Shown here piece by piece: positions 23,746-38,707 of a stretch of DNA of 64,000 bases. The position numbers and the translations under genes are program-made. Position 1 is the first letter of the stretch. The number at the start of each line of letters is the position of its first letter. The stretch is from Schmidtea nova. Lineage: Eukaryota. The stretch is taken from assembly GCA_044892505.1 (NCBI GenBank), contig CM097882.1, positions 320,230,001 to 320,294,000 of the forward strand, given 5' to 3'. The notes under the pieces are model-generated. The model was not told the origin of the DNA. It saw only the letters and a list, made by a program, of their open reading frames with translations, and ran no database searches.

Positions 23746-26700
23746 AATAAGAGAACACCATTTTTTAAAATATATTAATGCAATATATTTCGACAGCTTA
23801 GCTGTCATCATCAGGCTTTTCACAATCTCAATAAAATAAAAATTGATCTTAATTATACGCTTAATAGTGATTACATAATTACATGTGCATAATCCAATAA
23901 AACTTTTATTTACCCTAATAAAATTAATTAAACACTCTCAAAATGCATGTAGATATTGCATTTTGTATATTTATTTTAGGATTAAATGATTTTATCATCA
24001 AAGCCTCACAATTCACACGTTCATAATAATTTTTAAATCCCCTAGAAAGTATTTTGAAATTAGAAATATCAATGCTCTTCTTGCAAGTCTTGTTATGCTC
24101 AATAATGTTACTCTTTCCGCTCTTTCTGGCATGTTCTTGAACTCGTGTACAGAGATGACGGGCAGTCTCTCCAATGTATGTGGCATTACACCCATTACAA
24201 GTAAAACGATATACGAGATCAGAACACAGACCAAATGGCGTCACAGATTTATTACTGAACATGTCACGAACTTTGCAAGACTTAGAAATTATTTTAACAT
24301 TAGTATTTCCAATATACTTTATAATAGATTTTTTAAAATTTACAAATCCCTCAGAAAACGGTAAAACTATAACAGAACCAATGCAATCATTCAAGTTACT
24401 TTTATTTATTTCATTATTATTATTATTGCAATCAACACCATCATTCATTCCCATAACAACATCACCTGTTTCAATCAAAGGAGCACTATCAGATGTATTA
24501 AACGGATCAACACCAGGAGAAATCTTTTCATCAATCACATTCAACTTATTAATACACTTATCAACAGTTTCACTCACCATTCGTTGCAAGAAACATTTTG
24601 AATATCCATTATTCTGTAGTTTTACTACAGAATAATGGATATTCAAAATGTTTCTTGCAACGAATGGTGAGTGAAACTGTTGATAAGTGTATTAATAAGT
24701 TGAATGTGATTGATGAAAAGATTTCTCCTGGTGTTGATCCGTTTAATACATCTGATAGTGCTCCTTTGATTGAAACAGGTGATGTTGTTATGGGAATGAA
24801 TGATGGTGTTGATTGCAATAATAATAATAATAATGAAATAAATAAAAGTAACTTGAATGATTGCATTGGTTCTGTTATAGTTTTACCGTTTTCTGAGGGA
24901 TTTGTAAATTTTAAAAAATCTATTATAAAGTATATTGGAAATACTAATGTTAAAATAATTTCTAAGTCTTGCAAAGTTCGTGACATGTTCAGTAATAAAT
25001 CTGTGACGCCATTTGGTCTGTGTTCTGATCTCGTATATCGTTTTACTTGTAATGGGTGTAATGCCACATACATTGGAGAGACTGCCCGTCATCTCTGTAC
25101 ACGAGTTCAAGAACATGCCAGAAAGAGCGGAAAGAGTAACATTATTGAGCATAACAAGACTTGCAAGAAGAGCATTGATATTTCTAATTTCAAAATACTT
25201 TCTAGGGGATTTAAAAATTATTATGAACGTGTGAATTGTGAGGCTTTGATGATAAAATCATTTAATCCTAAAATAAATATACAAAATGCAATATCTACAT
25301 GCATTTTGAGAGTGTTTAATTAATTTTATTAGGGTAAATAAAAGTTTTATTGGATTATGCACATGTAATTATGTAATCACTATTAAGCGTATAATTAAGA
25401 TCAATTTTTATTTTATTGAGATTGTGAAAAGCCTGATGATGACAGCTAAGCTGTCGAAATATATTGCATTAATATATTTTAAAAAATGGTGTTCTCTTAT
25501 TTATATGAATAAATTNNNNNNNNNNNNNNNNNNNNNNNNNNNNNNNNNNNNNNNNNNNNNNNNNNNNNNNNNNNNNNNNNNNNNNNNNNNNNNNNNNNNN
25601 NNNNNNNNNNNNNNNNNNNNNNNNNNNNNNNNNNNNNNNNNNNNNNNNNNNNNNNNNNNNNNNNNNNNNNNNNNNNNNNNNNNNNNNNNNNNNNNNNNNN
25701 NNNNNNNNNNNNNNNNNNNNNNNNNNNNNNNNNNNNNNNNNNNNNNNNNNNNNNNNNNNNNNNNNNNNNNNNNNNNNNNNNNNNNNNNNNNNNNNNNNNN
25801 NNNNNNNNNNTTATTTACTAAAAAATATTTATGTCGTAAATTTGTCATCTTTTACTTTTATTATTATTTTTACTTTTATTTTTAATTATAGTTGATAAAA
25901 GTCATAACTGTAATAAATGTTTTCAATGACTTATCTTAACTTTATTTGAACTTTTTTCATAGAACCGGAAGAACTTGGAGAATATTAACATTTTCAAATG
26001 GAGATTACTTGATAAATGAAGCTGTGGAAGTTATTTCAAATTTAAAGGATGTTGAAGAAGTAATTTAATTTCAATTATATAATTAATTCATATTAATTAG
26101 GTAAAATCTATTTGTGGTAAAAGGCTTAATCTAAATGGCCAATACAAGAAATTGTATAATTCAGATGGAGTTGAAATAACAGACTTGAAATTATGTGAGA
26201 ATATTCGAAATTAATTGCTAAATATTTAGATTTTATTGCAAATTTTAGGTTGATATTATTAATTACAAAGCTTAGTGTTTACAAAATCCATTTTTAATAA
26301 AAATTAATTTTTTATAAATATTAATAAAATAAAGTTAAAATTAAAACAGTTTTACTCTTAATTACTGATTGATTATACATTTGAGCAATTTTTTCCATTT
26401 AAACCACAAAAAACTAATTTTTTCTTTAGTGATAAACGATTTTATAAGGAATTTCGATTGTTAGGACAAAATGGCACGGACAAAAATATAAGAAAAAATA
26501 ACCAGTGAAGAAATTAAATAATCTATTTATTATAATTAACATTTTGTCCGGTCACCGAATTTTGCCAATAGATACATACTGGTTGCATTAAAAAAATCAA
26601 AAAAATCTACGCATGCAATCTACAGCTAAGTAATCATAAACACTAGTGAGTTTATTACACCGTATAACGATGAATAATATAAAATTTTATAATATAAAAT

Positions 26701-29700
26701 TAATATAAAATATAATATAAAATTATAATATAAAATTAAATTATAATTGCAAACACTCCCATGTGTGTAATCGGTGTGCTAACAGTGAATAACACATTTT
26801 ATTATGTAGTAGATAAAAGGATAGTAAAATATTGTAAACCACAAAAGGCAGTACGTTGTAGAAAATTTATGCAAACTGTATGTAAATTCTATCAATCAAT
26901 AACACCAATAATAAATTTTAAACACACATCAAAGTTTGATGTGTTACTCAAATTTTTTACTCGAAATTTCGTAGTTGGTGCCTGTATTAGTCCAAAATTA
27001 TGTCCAAAAATAATATGAAGAAGGTGGTAATCATTGATTATTTATTTTTAATATCTTTTTATTTATTTATCAGTTAAATTATTTTTTAATATATAATTAA
27101 TTTAATATTTTAAGAAAAAATTGAAATTTCTTATGATAAATTTAATTAGAATGAATTTTAGTTTACGGTATGAAGTACTTTTAAAATTTATTTAAAAATA
27201 AATTCGATAACAATAATAAATATATCTAAAAAATTATATTAAAATTATAATCAAATAATTATTATTAAAATTACTTACTCTCTAGCAAATAAACTACTAA
27301 ATAATCACTGACGTACACAGCAACTAGTATTATAGAAGGCGGTATTCAGGATAATATGGTGTAGTAAGGATTTCAGCATACTATCAAAAATGCAAAATCA
27401 CATACAATTATTTTTTAATGTAAATAAAATACTTTAAAATACTCAATTCTTTCATCCTAAAGAAGAGCTCCCCAAACCTTTTTGTCTCGTGGACCACTTG
27501 ACATGCTTTTCGGTTTTGGGTAGACCTTATGCTTATCTAATATTTAATTTTTACAATTTAATTAACTACAAATGTGTTTTTGACAGCTGGTAAAGTGCTA
27601 CTCATTTTGAAAGATTTAAATATGTAACTGTACTATGAAACACAAAAAAGTACATGTTAAGTTTTATAAATTTATTAATTGAATTAGAATTAAAACAAAC
27701 CAAATTAAAATTTAATATCTATTTCAAAAAATAGTTAAACAACAATAAATATTTTTAGTGGGAGGTTTAATCCCAGATCTCCTCGGTCAGTGATGTTCAG
27801 TCTGTTTCTGGTTTTTTAGGAGATTGGTAACCACATGAAACGCCTTTCTACTAGGCATAAAGATGGAAAAACAATTAAAAACTTTCTCTAGATATTCCAT
27901 GATACAGGATAAGCAGAAGGCATGTCTTTTTGAGGCTAGAATTGTTGATATCCGTTTCTAAACTGTACCTTATGTTCTTAGTTAATGCTTATTCTGATCA
28001 GTTCCTCTTGTAATATGACATCCGTTTTTTCAATGTCACCATATGGATTGATTATCCATTGTAGTATTACCACAGGACCGAAATGAAGATGGTAAGAACA
28101 TGAAAATTACGAAGGATTAATATTTTAAAGCCCGTAACAGCTATTTTAAAGTATTTATTTAGATATATTAAAAATTGTTCATTAATAATATTTATAATTT
28201 AAAGAATGATATAACATAAGTATTTATACAGAATAGTAAAAAGTTTCCTCAGTAATCTGATAGATGCTATGATTTATTTAAATTTTTATTTGTAATTTAT
28301 CAACATTCTCAGTGTCATGAAAAAAAGGTCTTTTTGAACATTTTGTGATGTCAGCAACATCGACCTGACAAGTTTTTTTTTAAAAAGTCACTGTCAGACA
28401 AATTGAACTAACACTGACTATGCTAAAACATGCGTTGCCAGACACATTTTAAGTGTTATATCAGTCAAAAAATTGCTGCAGTTCTAGTAGCAAAGTGCTG
28501 TCAGCCATTTTTGACTGACATGGCATTGAAAGTGTCAAAATTTGTATTTTATTTTCTATCTTCTTTGGAATTATTACTATTGTCCTTTTTGCAACTTTTA
28601 ATTTAATTTAAATTTATTATTATTTTCTATTAGTAATGTGTTGAAGTTTTGTCTTAGTAAAATACTTTTTAAATATAATAATATTTTTTTTAAATTGTTA
28701 GCACTTTCTGCAATGCAATAATAATAATAATTGATCTAAATTAAAAAATTACATGAAATTTTCTAATAATCTATTAAAAACTAATTAAAAATCATTTAAT
28801 TAAAAATGGATCAAAAAATTAACGCGTTAATTCAAAAGTTAAATACATGGCTAATAATTTAAAATCGATTATAAATATAAATATAAATATAAATTAAATA
28901 ATTAAAAATTTGTTTATCTCATCAATCACCAGGAAAGAGAAAGATTAAGATGGATTATTTTCTGATATCGAGTTAGTTTCCTAAAAGAAAATCTCTCGCG
29001 ATGAAAAACTACGGTAAATAAATATTGATTATTAGTACCAAATGGCCGCATATTTGAATGCACATTACATCGAATGTAGAGAAATAACGTGAACTCTTTA
29101 TCTACCAGACAATTTTAAATAACCGAATAGTTCTTAGAGTTATATCATTGCTTCATTCAATAAAATTTTAATATTTTTCGTTCTCTGTTATTTTATTTAA
29201 TGACAATAGAAATTTGTTTAACCTTCATAAGGCCGACTTAAATTTTTTAAATGAATTTCTTACCCACTTTGGGTAAATTTGTACCCCAATACTCTTTCAC
29301 TGTGCTATTGCTAGTTTAAAGGTTTTAAATAACTTTAACGTATAAAAATAAAATATATTCTATGAAATACAAATATATTACAGAAACAAGTGTTTACAAA
29401 ATGGACATCACTTATATTCTTACATATAGTAACATATTACTTATCACAAGTTTTACATATTATAATGCTAGTGGAATGTTCTGTACATACAAATGCTGAA
29501 CATTTATTACATATTTTGAATACGCAGTTCAAAACAAACAAAGTGTAAAACAAGTTTATCGCATGTGCAAATGACGCGGCGCATATCATGGCACGAATAA
29601 CTAACTGGGGTAAATTTGTACCACAAGCAGATTCTTTACAATAAATGCAAACAGGATTTTTTTTGTGATGAAATTAATGCTTAGTGATATTAAATGATCA

Positions 29701-32700
29701 CATTTGAAATAAGTAAAGGGCGAATGCGGTAAGTTCTAGATTTAATAGAAATTTTCAAAAACATATGATGCTGGAGTACACAATTACCCCACCTGGCCTT
29801 AGGAAGGTTAAAATTTTTCTCAATCATTTTATACCGAAAATATTTTCCCTAATTATATGATTATTTCTTTTCAATGTTACACTTTTTTAATTTGCAATAT
29901 TATTTAAATTAATATTAATTTAGTACAAGATGAAGAATCTTATGTTTGGAATTCGAATTCTAATATTGAAATTCTTGGTCCTATTTGGGCGACGAAAAAA
30001 GAAAATCTCAACCAATCCGGAGTGTACTATTACTTTCAGAAAACTATTAAAGAAATCAAGCACTTTATCAAAAGTTCTAAATCCACTTTAAATGAAGTTA
30101 ATTAATTATTTTTTATAAATTAAATTTTCTTAATTTGTTTGGCAATTGAATTGTTTTATTATTTTTTTAAATCAGATTTCATATTTCCTGATCATTATTA
30201 CCTAAAGGTCTCTAATAAAAATATTTATATTGAATTATTTTTGTCATACGCACTTGATAAAGGTTGTGCCGAAATATCGTGTACTTAAAAACCAAAAAAC
30301 TTTGATCGATTGTCATACAATTATGAAAATTATTGATATTTATTATTAAACCTTTAAATATAGCAATCTGTAATAAAATTATTGTGTTAAACAATTTTCA
30401 AATTTAATTTCCTATAAGCAAATAATTTGTACTCGTTTGATATTTTTTGTGGTTTGAAAAAAAGAGGCGAACATAAAATCGTGTGCGAGTTCTAAGTTTG
30501 ATGGGAAAATACATTTTTTAACAATTTGTCAGGTGAGTGATGCGTAAATACGTTAACTTTCCTTTCCAACTACACAAGATTATCATTTTCAATGATTTGG
30601 CTGTCTTTTAACATGAGAATAATTTACGAAACTTTTTGAACTTGAAACCTACCCTAACTTATATACTATTCGAATTTCTAGTCTATCTTTTCTTATCCAA
30701 TTTCCTTATTATAATAGGTAAAAATATATTAAATTTAACAGTGCAATTTTACTAATGTCTCCGTTGTCTTCCAACAAACTTTGTTTTTCAAATCTTAATG
30801 ATAATGATGTCTTAGTGAGCCTTTTGGCGGCCTTATCGAAGTCTATATAAATCTTATATGAAATAACTTCAACTAATAGGTATATGAGATACACATCTGC
30901 AAATGATGCAGTTATTCCATTCAGCAATCTAATTCAATATATTTCTCAGCAACAGCAACACAATCAATCACAAAACACATTTTATCAGATCTCTGTAAAA
31001 TACCAATATCACCTCAAATCGATAATGGATTACATTTGAGCAATTATTCACTCTAATCCCAAATCTATAAAATCTGTTTAGCAATTAAATAAACAATAAA
31101 TAAAGTATGTAGAAGTGAGTTCACGATAACTCATCGTTTTTTGTCAAAATCTTTTCTAATTTTGAAAAAAATCACGTTTTTAGGTTAAGTTCAATAGAAC
31201 AAAGACATTTGTTATCATTTTAGACTTAAAATGCTGTCAGCTCACGATAATTCATTATTTTCAATTTTTTTCTAATTCCGAGACCTCCCTGGCGAAAATA
31301 AATAGATTAAAAATGTTGTGAACTCGCGATGACTCATCACTTTCAAAATTCTTTTTCGGTGACCCCCTCAATACAGCTCGAACTAAAAGTCGAATGACAA
31401 ATAACTTTAGTGTTTTGGAAATGGTGACCGGAAATGGCTGCTTTGTTTAGATATTGTTTCGGCGCCATAGAAATTTTTATAATTTTTAAAAGATATTTTG
31501 ATATTTTATTATTATTTTAAAAATATTATTGTGAAATATTTGTGTGTATGTGTGTGTTTGTCATGCACATGTGTTGTATTCGGATTGCACGCGTATTGAA
31601 CTTTTATTGAATTTTGTTATTATTATTATTATTATTAGAGATTGTCGATGAATATTTTTTTTGATCGAAAATCTTTTCACTTAATAAAATTGTTTTTGCA
31701 GCTAAGNNNNNNNNNNNNNNNNNNNNNNNNNNNNNNNNNNNNNNNNNNNNNNNNNNNNNNNNNNNNNNNNNNNNNNNNNNNNNNNNNNNNNNNNNNNNNN
31801 NNNNNNNNNNNNNNNNNNNNNNNNNNNNNNNNNNNNNNNNNNNNNNNNNNNNNNNNNNNNNNNNNNNNNNNNNNNNNNNNNNNNNNNNNNTAAATTAATT
31901 ATATATTATAAAAATCAGTATGAGTGTTACAGTATGTATATGTTGTGTATGAATGTTGAAATTGCTCAAAGTATTATTTCTATTAATATATATATTCTCT
32001 GAGATAATTAAAAAAGAAAAATATTTGTTTTAATAATGAAAAGTTAGGCTTAAAAGTTGAAGATGAAGTTATAAAAACAATGAAAGACAAAATATGGATA
32101 CCAAATGACAACGTAAAAAATTCTATAGAATATACGCATCGTACACTTTGTCATGCTAGAGTAAGGAAGGTAAATGATTAGATGTCACAGAAGTTTGATA
32201 TGGAAAACAAAATGGAAAATATTAAGAATGTTGTTCAAAGTTGTGAACAGTGTCAAAAAAGAAAATCTGTTACCACACGCACGAAAGAAACGATAATGAA
32301 ACATAGAATACCAGAATTATTTGAAGTTGTATTTGTAGACATTTGTGGACCATTCAAAACGACAGTTAATGGAAAGAAATACATTCTTGCAATAATTGAT
32401 CAATTTAGTCGATATATTTCTTTGAATGCTATTGCAAGACAAGATGAAAATACCACTGCAAAGGTAATTAAAGATAATTGGATTTTAAGATTTGGAGCAC
32501 CAAAATTGATATATTTTGATAAAGGAAAAGCGTTTGAATCTAACGTAATAAAAACACTTACAGGAACACATAAAATGTAGATAACATATAGTAGCCCATA
32601 TCATCATTCGGCAAACGGCGTGATTGAAAGACAATTTAGAACTATTAGAGATGCTATTCAAATATCAATAAAAGATAAAATTCATACAGTAATTGGGCCG

Positions 32701-33264
32701 ATATATTACTAGAAGTAGAGTTCATGTTAAATTCAATAATTCAAAGCACAATTGGATTCAGTCCAGCAGAAGTAGTTTATGGAAAGAAAATTTACAGAGA
32801 ATGGCCTTCGACAGTTTTTGGCGAAATGGAAGTGAGTGATTATATGAAAGAACAAAACAAAAGAAAAGAGATTCTAGATTCAAAATTACGCTTAAATGAA
32901 GAAAAATTGATATATAACAACTCAGCAAGAATAAACCGTGAGTTTTCAATTGGGGATCTAGTTTTAGTAAAAAAGGACGTAAGAACGAAAGACGACGATA
33001 GGCTTGATGGTCCATGTGAAGTAATAGAAAAGAACCATGATAGGAGTTATAAAATAAAAATGCCAAATGATAAAATCTTGATTAGAAATATCGAATGGCT
33101 TAAGTGATACCATATAAGCAAATAATTGAAAATAAAAGGAAGGGGGTGTGAGATGAAATTGATAAACTAATTATATATTATAAAAATCAGTATGAGTGTT
33201 ACAGTATGTATATGTTGTGTATGAATGTTGAAATTGCTCAAAGTATTATTTATATTAATATATA

Positions 33265-33325
<61 letters not shown>

Positions 33326-36300
33326 TCCTAGATAATTAAAAAAGAAAAATATTTGTTTAAATAATATATATTTTTGAACGAAAGCGTGTTTCCAATTTAT
33401 GTACAAGAAAATTAATAATCAACCTAATAATTTGAAAATTAAGTTGAAAAATAAGTTGAAAATTTAAAGTTATTTTCGAAACTTTAGTGAAAGTTATTGT
33501 TATGTAAATATAATTTTTAATAAAAATATGGTCAAGTGGGAAACCTTTAAGTTCAAAACTCATCGCAAACTAATTTCTGCTAGTAAGATTGTGTTAGAAA
33601 GGTTCTACTTCCTAGGTTTATATATAATAGGTCATTATTAACCAGTTATTCGGTCATTTTCAAAATACTTTTTATATTGATTTAAAAATATATTGATTTT
33701 AAAGTATTAAAACATTACCAATTTTCACTCAATAGACTTGGGAAACTCTTACTACCAAGTAAAGTTAGATAAAGAAACTCAGGAAAAATAGCAATTTTAA
33801 CAAAAGATGGACAATTTTGTTTCAACAGAATGCCTTTCTACATTGCAGCAGCAGAAGGCACATTCCAAGAACTAATGACGAAATTATTAAATGAATTATG
33901 GAAAGAAGGAATAATGGTATATTACAAACTCTTACAAACTATTACAAACTCTTAAATAATAGTTTTTATGGGAAAACGGTCGAAAATCTTAAGAAACGAC
34001 TCAATTTATGACTATGTAATTCAGCATCAAAACTGATTACACTGATTACATATACATAGTCTCTGTGCTTCTTAATAAGGACTCTGTGTGTTTAGATAGA
34101 CCGAGTTACATTGGTCAAACTGTACTGGATTTATCTAAACTTAGGATGTATCAACTCCAGTATGAAGAATTACAAAAATATCGTAATCAATTCAACTGTG
34201 AGTTTGGTATAGTCGCTAGTGATACAGATTCTTTCTTCTTGGAAGTTAAGAATTGTAAGTTGGATATTCTTTTGTCTGCTATGGTTAGGGATAGATTATT
34301 AGATACTTCGAATTGTGACCCAAATCATACCTTGTACTCGAAAAACCTAGATTCTGTCATTGGTAAATTCAAAGACGAGAATAAAGGATTCAAGTATGAT
34401 GAGTGGGTCTTTCTTAGTCCAAAGCGTTACAGTCTTTTAGGTGATGAAGAGTGCATTAAGGCTAAGGTATAACAGTGAAGGATACTAAATTGAATCATCA
34501 GTCGTATCTGGATTGTTATAATAATAATTCAATAGTTTCTGTTGATCAGTCGAGAATAGTTAGTAAGAATCATCAACTCTTTACTAATAAATATTCGAAA
34601 ATTGCCTTGACTAATCTTGATGATAAAAGACTTTGGGTAGGAAAAAATGTTAGTTTGGCTTATGGACATTATAAAGAGATTGATGCGGTTATGGGGGTGT
34701 GTGAAGATGCTGCTGAATCCGATGAAGAATTTGCTTGAAGATGAAAAGATTTATTTAAATAAAGATTTATTTTTAAAATACTTTGTGTTTTTATGACTTT
34801 TTTATTGTTGAATGTTAAATTGTGATTATATTTGATGTAAAAATTATTAAATTATGAGCATTTCTACCCAAATAAGGTTTTTTCGTGTAAAATTTATTAT
34901 TTTTCATGTTTTCATTTTTTGTTTGCCGTTTAAATCTCAGTAGATTGATATAAAAATTATTGAAATCTGAGCATTTTTGATTTTTGGAATTTCCCTGTCG
35001 ACTATTTTTACGTGTAAATTTGACCGGATGAGTTCAATTTTTCATGTTTTAACTTTTTGACCCTTTTTGTTCACCATTCAATTCTCAGTAGATTGGTATA
35101 AAAATTATTTGATTCTGAGCATTTTTGTAATTTTTCGAAAAAATGTTGAAAACTATAAATAATTTTATAATTTTCATAAAATTTATGAAAAAATAAATAT
35201 AAATTTATAAATTTCAGTATAACATCATCAGGCACGTAATTGCTATACGATTATTCAATTTTTAAGTATTACAAAAATTTACGTAATATATTAAGTATTA
35301 TGTAATGTTTAAGTTATTACTACATTACACATAAAGTATTGTTTAATAATTCCATAATTATTATGTAATGCATGACGTATTACGTATTGATTATGTAATA
35401 CATAAAGTATTACGTGACTTCGGGGGTGGGCTGTGGTTAAATTCTATAATTATTACGTAAAATATACAGCTTATGGATAAATGGCTTGTGCTAGACTACT
35501 CACTAGTCCCTACCATTGATATTTACGAGAACAATAGAAGAACATCACAATATACTGTGGATGGTATTAGAAGAAATTTCACTGACAAAATTAAGAATTA
35601 ATCCAGAAAAGTGTCAAATATTGAAAAAAGAAGTTAGGTTTCTTAATAAGCAGCAAAGTGATTCGAACAGACCAAAGTAAAATAGGAGCGATACCGTCTT
35701 TTGAAAGACAAAATGCATTAAAAACTTAAGAGGTTTTTTTAAGAATATGCAATTATTACAGATGATTTATTAAAAAAATATGCGAAGAAAGCGAGAGCGT
35801 TGAAAGTATTTGTGAAAAAGATAATGAAAAAATAATTTAGACAGACATATGTCATATAGCATTCGAAGAAAGGAAAAAGGAATTGAGGATGACACCGGTG
35901 TTAATATTCCCGGATTTTAGAAGAGAGTTAATTCTGGACACTGGCACTAGGTTTGATACAATTAGAGCGGTACTTTCTCAAAAAGATGATCTAGGTCCTA
36001 GATTCTAGGACATGAACATGGTATTACCTATGAATCCCATGCAATGAGCAACCATGAAAAAGGCTATTGTATAAAGAGCAAAGAATTACTGGTAAATAGT
36101 TTAACCACTATTTATATGAAAAAGATTTTTTTTGTGAATAGATCATAAGGCTATTACCTTTATGTTGACAACGAAGAATCCAAAAACTGCACAATTTCAA
36201 ACGTGGATCAATCATTTAAGCAGTCTGGATATAGAGATTGAATATAGGAAAACATTGATCATGTAAATGTGGATATGCTGTCAAGGAAAACGTGCGGAAC

Positions 36301-36748
36301 ATGTATACAATGCATGATGGAACACGAAGAACAGGAAAGCAGACAAGTAAAATCAAGATTATTAATAGTAACAACGGAAGACAACGTAAATAAGTGGCAA
36401 AATGATAATGTTGAGATAAAAAATAAAGAATGAAATAGAAAAGTTCCAGAACGGAAGATTCATCATAAAAGAGAATAAGATATACGAACAAGAACAAACT
36501 ATAGATGCCAAAATGTAAAATACGAGATATGATCAAGGAAACGCTTTCAATGCTATGACATGCAGGAACACCGAAAGTAATAAACTACATAGAAGATTTG
36601 GTAAAAGAAGTAAAATCAGTAATTGAAAACTGTATTGCGTGTCAGAAAACGAAGACATGTACAATAAAGACAAAAGAAGAAACTATTTTATATGATCTAT
36701 TTGAGATGATCTATATGGATATATGTGGGCCAATGAAAGAAACAATCA

Positions 36749-36787
<39 letters not shown>

Positions 36788-38620
36788 GGGTATCATTGGT
36801 CACTACAGTAAATACATTTCTCTGTCTGCTATAGCTAAACAATATGAAAAAACAATATTGAAAATTTTGCAAAACAAATGGATATTAAGATATAGAGCAC
36901 TGAAAGACTACATATAGACTGTGCGAAATATTTTGAGTCAAACTGTTTAAAAGAATTGGCAAAGTCAACAGGAATCGAAATAGCGTTTTCAAGTCGATAT
37001 CACCATAACACCAATGGATTAATAGAAAGGCAATCTCGTACAATCAGATTATATTAACGCGTCGTTAAGAGAACAAAGCGGAAAAGATTGGACAGAGAAT
37101 TGGGATAAGTACGACAGACACATTGAAAATGTGAGAAACCTTTTTTTGCTTCTTAAATTTTATTTTTGACCTTTAACTCTAAATTATCCACACACAGCAT
37201 GAAAGTTTGAGTACGGTATTTTCCAAGTCAAAATTTCATGCATGATCAAAAAACGGTGTATATATTGAATTTACTAGAACCTATCATTAAAAGTCAAAAT
37301 AAATTTGGATAATTTCATCATAGATTCATCATATTCGAATGAGTCAATGAAACAATTAAATAATTAATTATTGAAGGATTTGAATAATTTTAAAAGAATG
37401 GCGATATCGTATTTCTCAGTTGATATCAAAATTTCATCAATTATTGAAAATGATTGTCTTCTTTGTAACATTGTTTAAAATAATTAATTAATTTAAATAT
37501 ATTTAAAACAAATTTGATTTGTTTCTTTATTCATTTACGTTAATATTGTTTACAAATTACATTTATATTGCACAAATGAATCAATTTAATAACCAATTAT
37601 TTTAATGACCAGTCAATTTATCGAAAATTTCACTATTATAAGCTGTTATATTGATGATATGCAGTCAATATAGTGATGAATATGTATGGTCAAGTGAGAA
37701 GCCTTTAAGCTCAAAAACCATCGCAAAGTGAGTTTTACTACCAAAGGTTCTGTCACTATGATAAATAAAATACGACAAATATTGAATATTATCACATTAT
37801 ATGGCGGGTAAATACTCGTGAAAAATAATCATACTATAGAAAATACATATAGAAAATACATATAGAATCATACATACAAAATATCAAATATCAATAAAAA
37901 TCATCACACAAAAAATCTTAACACTATAGTGTGGGAACATCAGAAATACAAACATAAATACACAAAAGATCATTACATGCATGAAATATTAGCACACTAT
38001 AGTTCAATAACATAAAAAACACAAAGAGAAATATTATCCTACACATGAAATATTCTCCCCCTTAAGTGCTAAAAATTCCACGCAAAATGTCAAAAATATA
38101 TAAAAATTCATCAAACACGAAATATGTTACACTATAGTGCGGTAACATCAAATATATCATCACACTATAGTGCAACAACAACAGAAATACATACACAAAA
38201 TATAAAAAATACATAGTTATTTATCACACACACAACAATAATCATAAATAAAAAATTAAATTAACACATTAAATTCATATAATAATCATAATAAAATAAT
38301 AATATATAAAAAATGCAATGCAAATGCAATCCGAATGCAATCCGAATGCAATACATGTACATGACTAATATAAACATATAATCACAGTAAATTCACATAA
38401 TAATATTTCTAAAATAATAATAAATTATCAAAATGCAATACTTGTGCAATTGAATGCAATATATATGCATGACTTACACACATACACACAAAAATTGCAT
38501 GTAATAATATTTCTAAAATAATAATAAATATCGAAATGTCTTTTTTAAACTTATAAAAAAGAAGGAGTCACTGTAAAAAAATCTAAAAGAAATGAGTAAT
38601 CGTGAGCTCACAATATTTTT

Positions 38621-38707
<87 letters not shown>

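Larger units (their letters stand above)
23742..25505. mobile_element. Penelope-like element 3' end (GIY-YIG endonuclease plus pLTR) present as a perfect inverted duplication
   Basis: Arms are 23742-24620 and 24624-25505 with a TTT loop. ORFs encode LVYRFTCNGCNATYIGETARHLCTRVQEH...ERVNCEALMI. (AAT)n tail at about 23655-23743. Confidence 0.9.

Noticed and set aside
24013-25234. Additional overlapping ORFs within the Penelope palindrome
   Set aside because: Alternative-frame and antisense shadows of the GIY-YIG ORF, doubled by the inversion.
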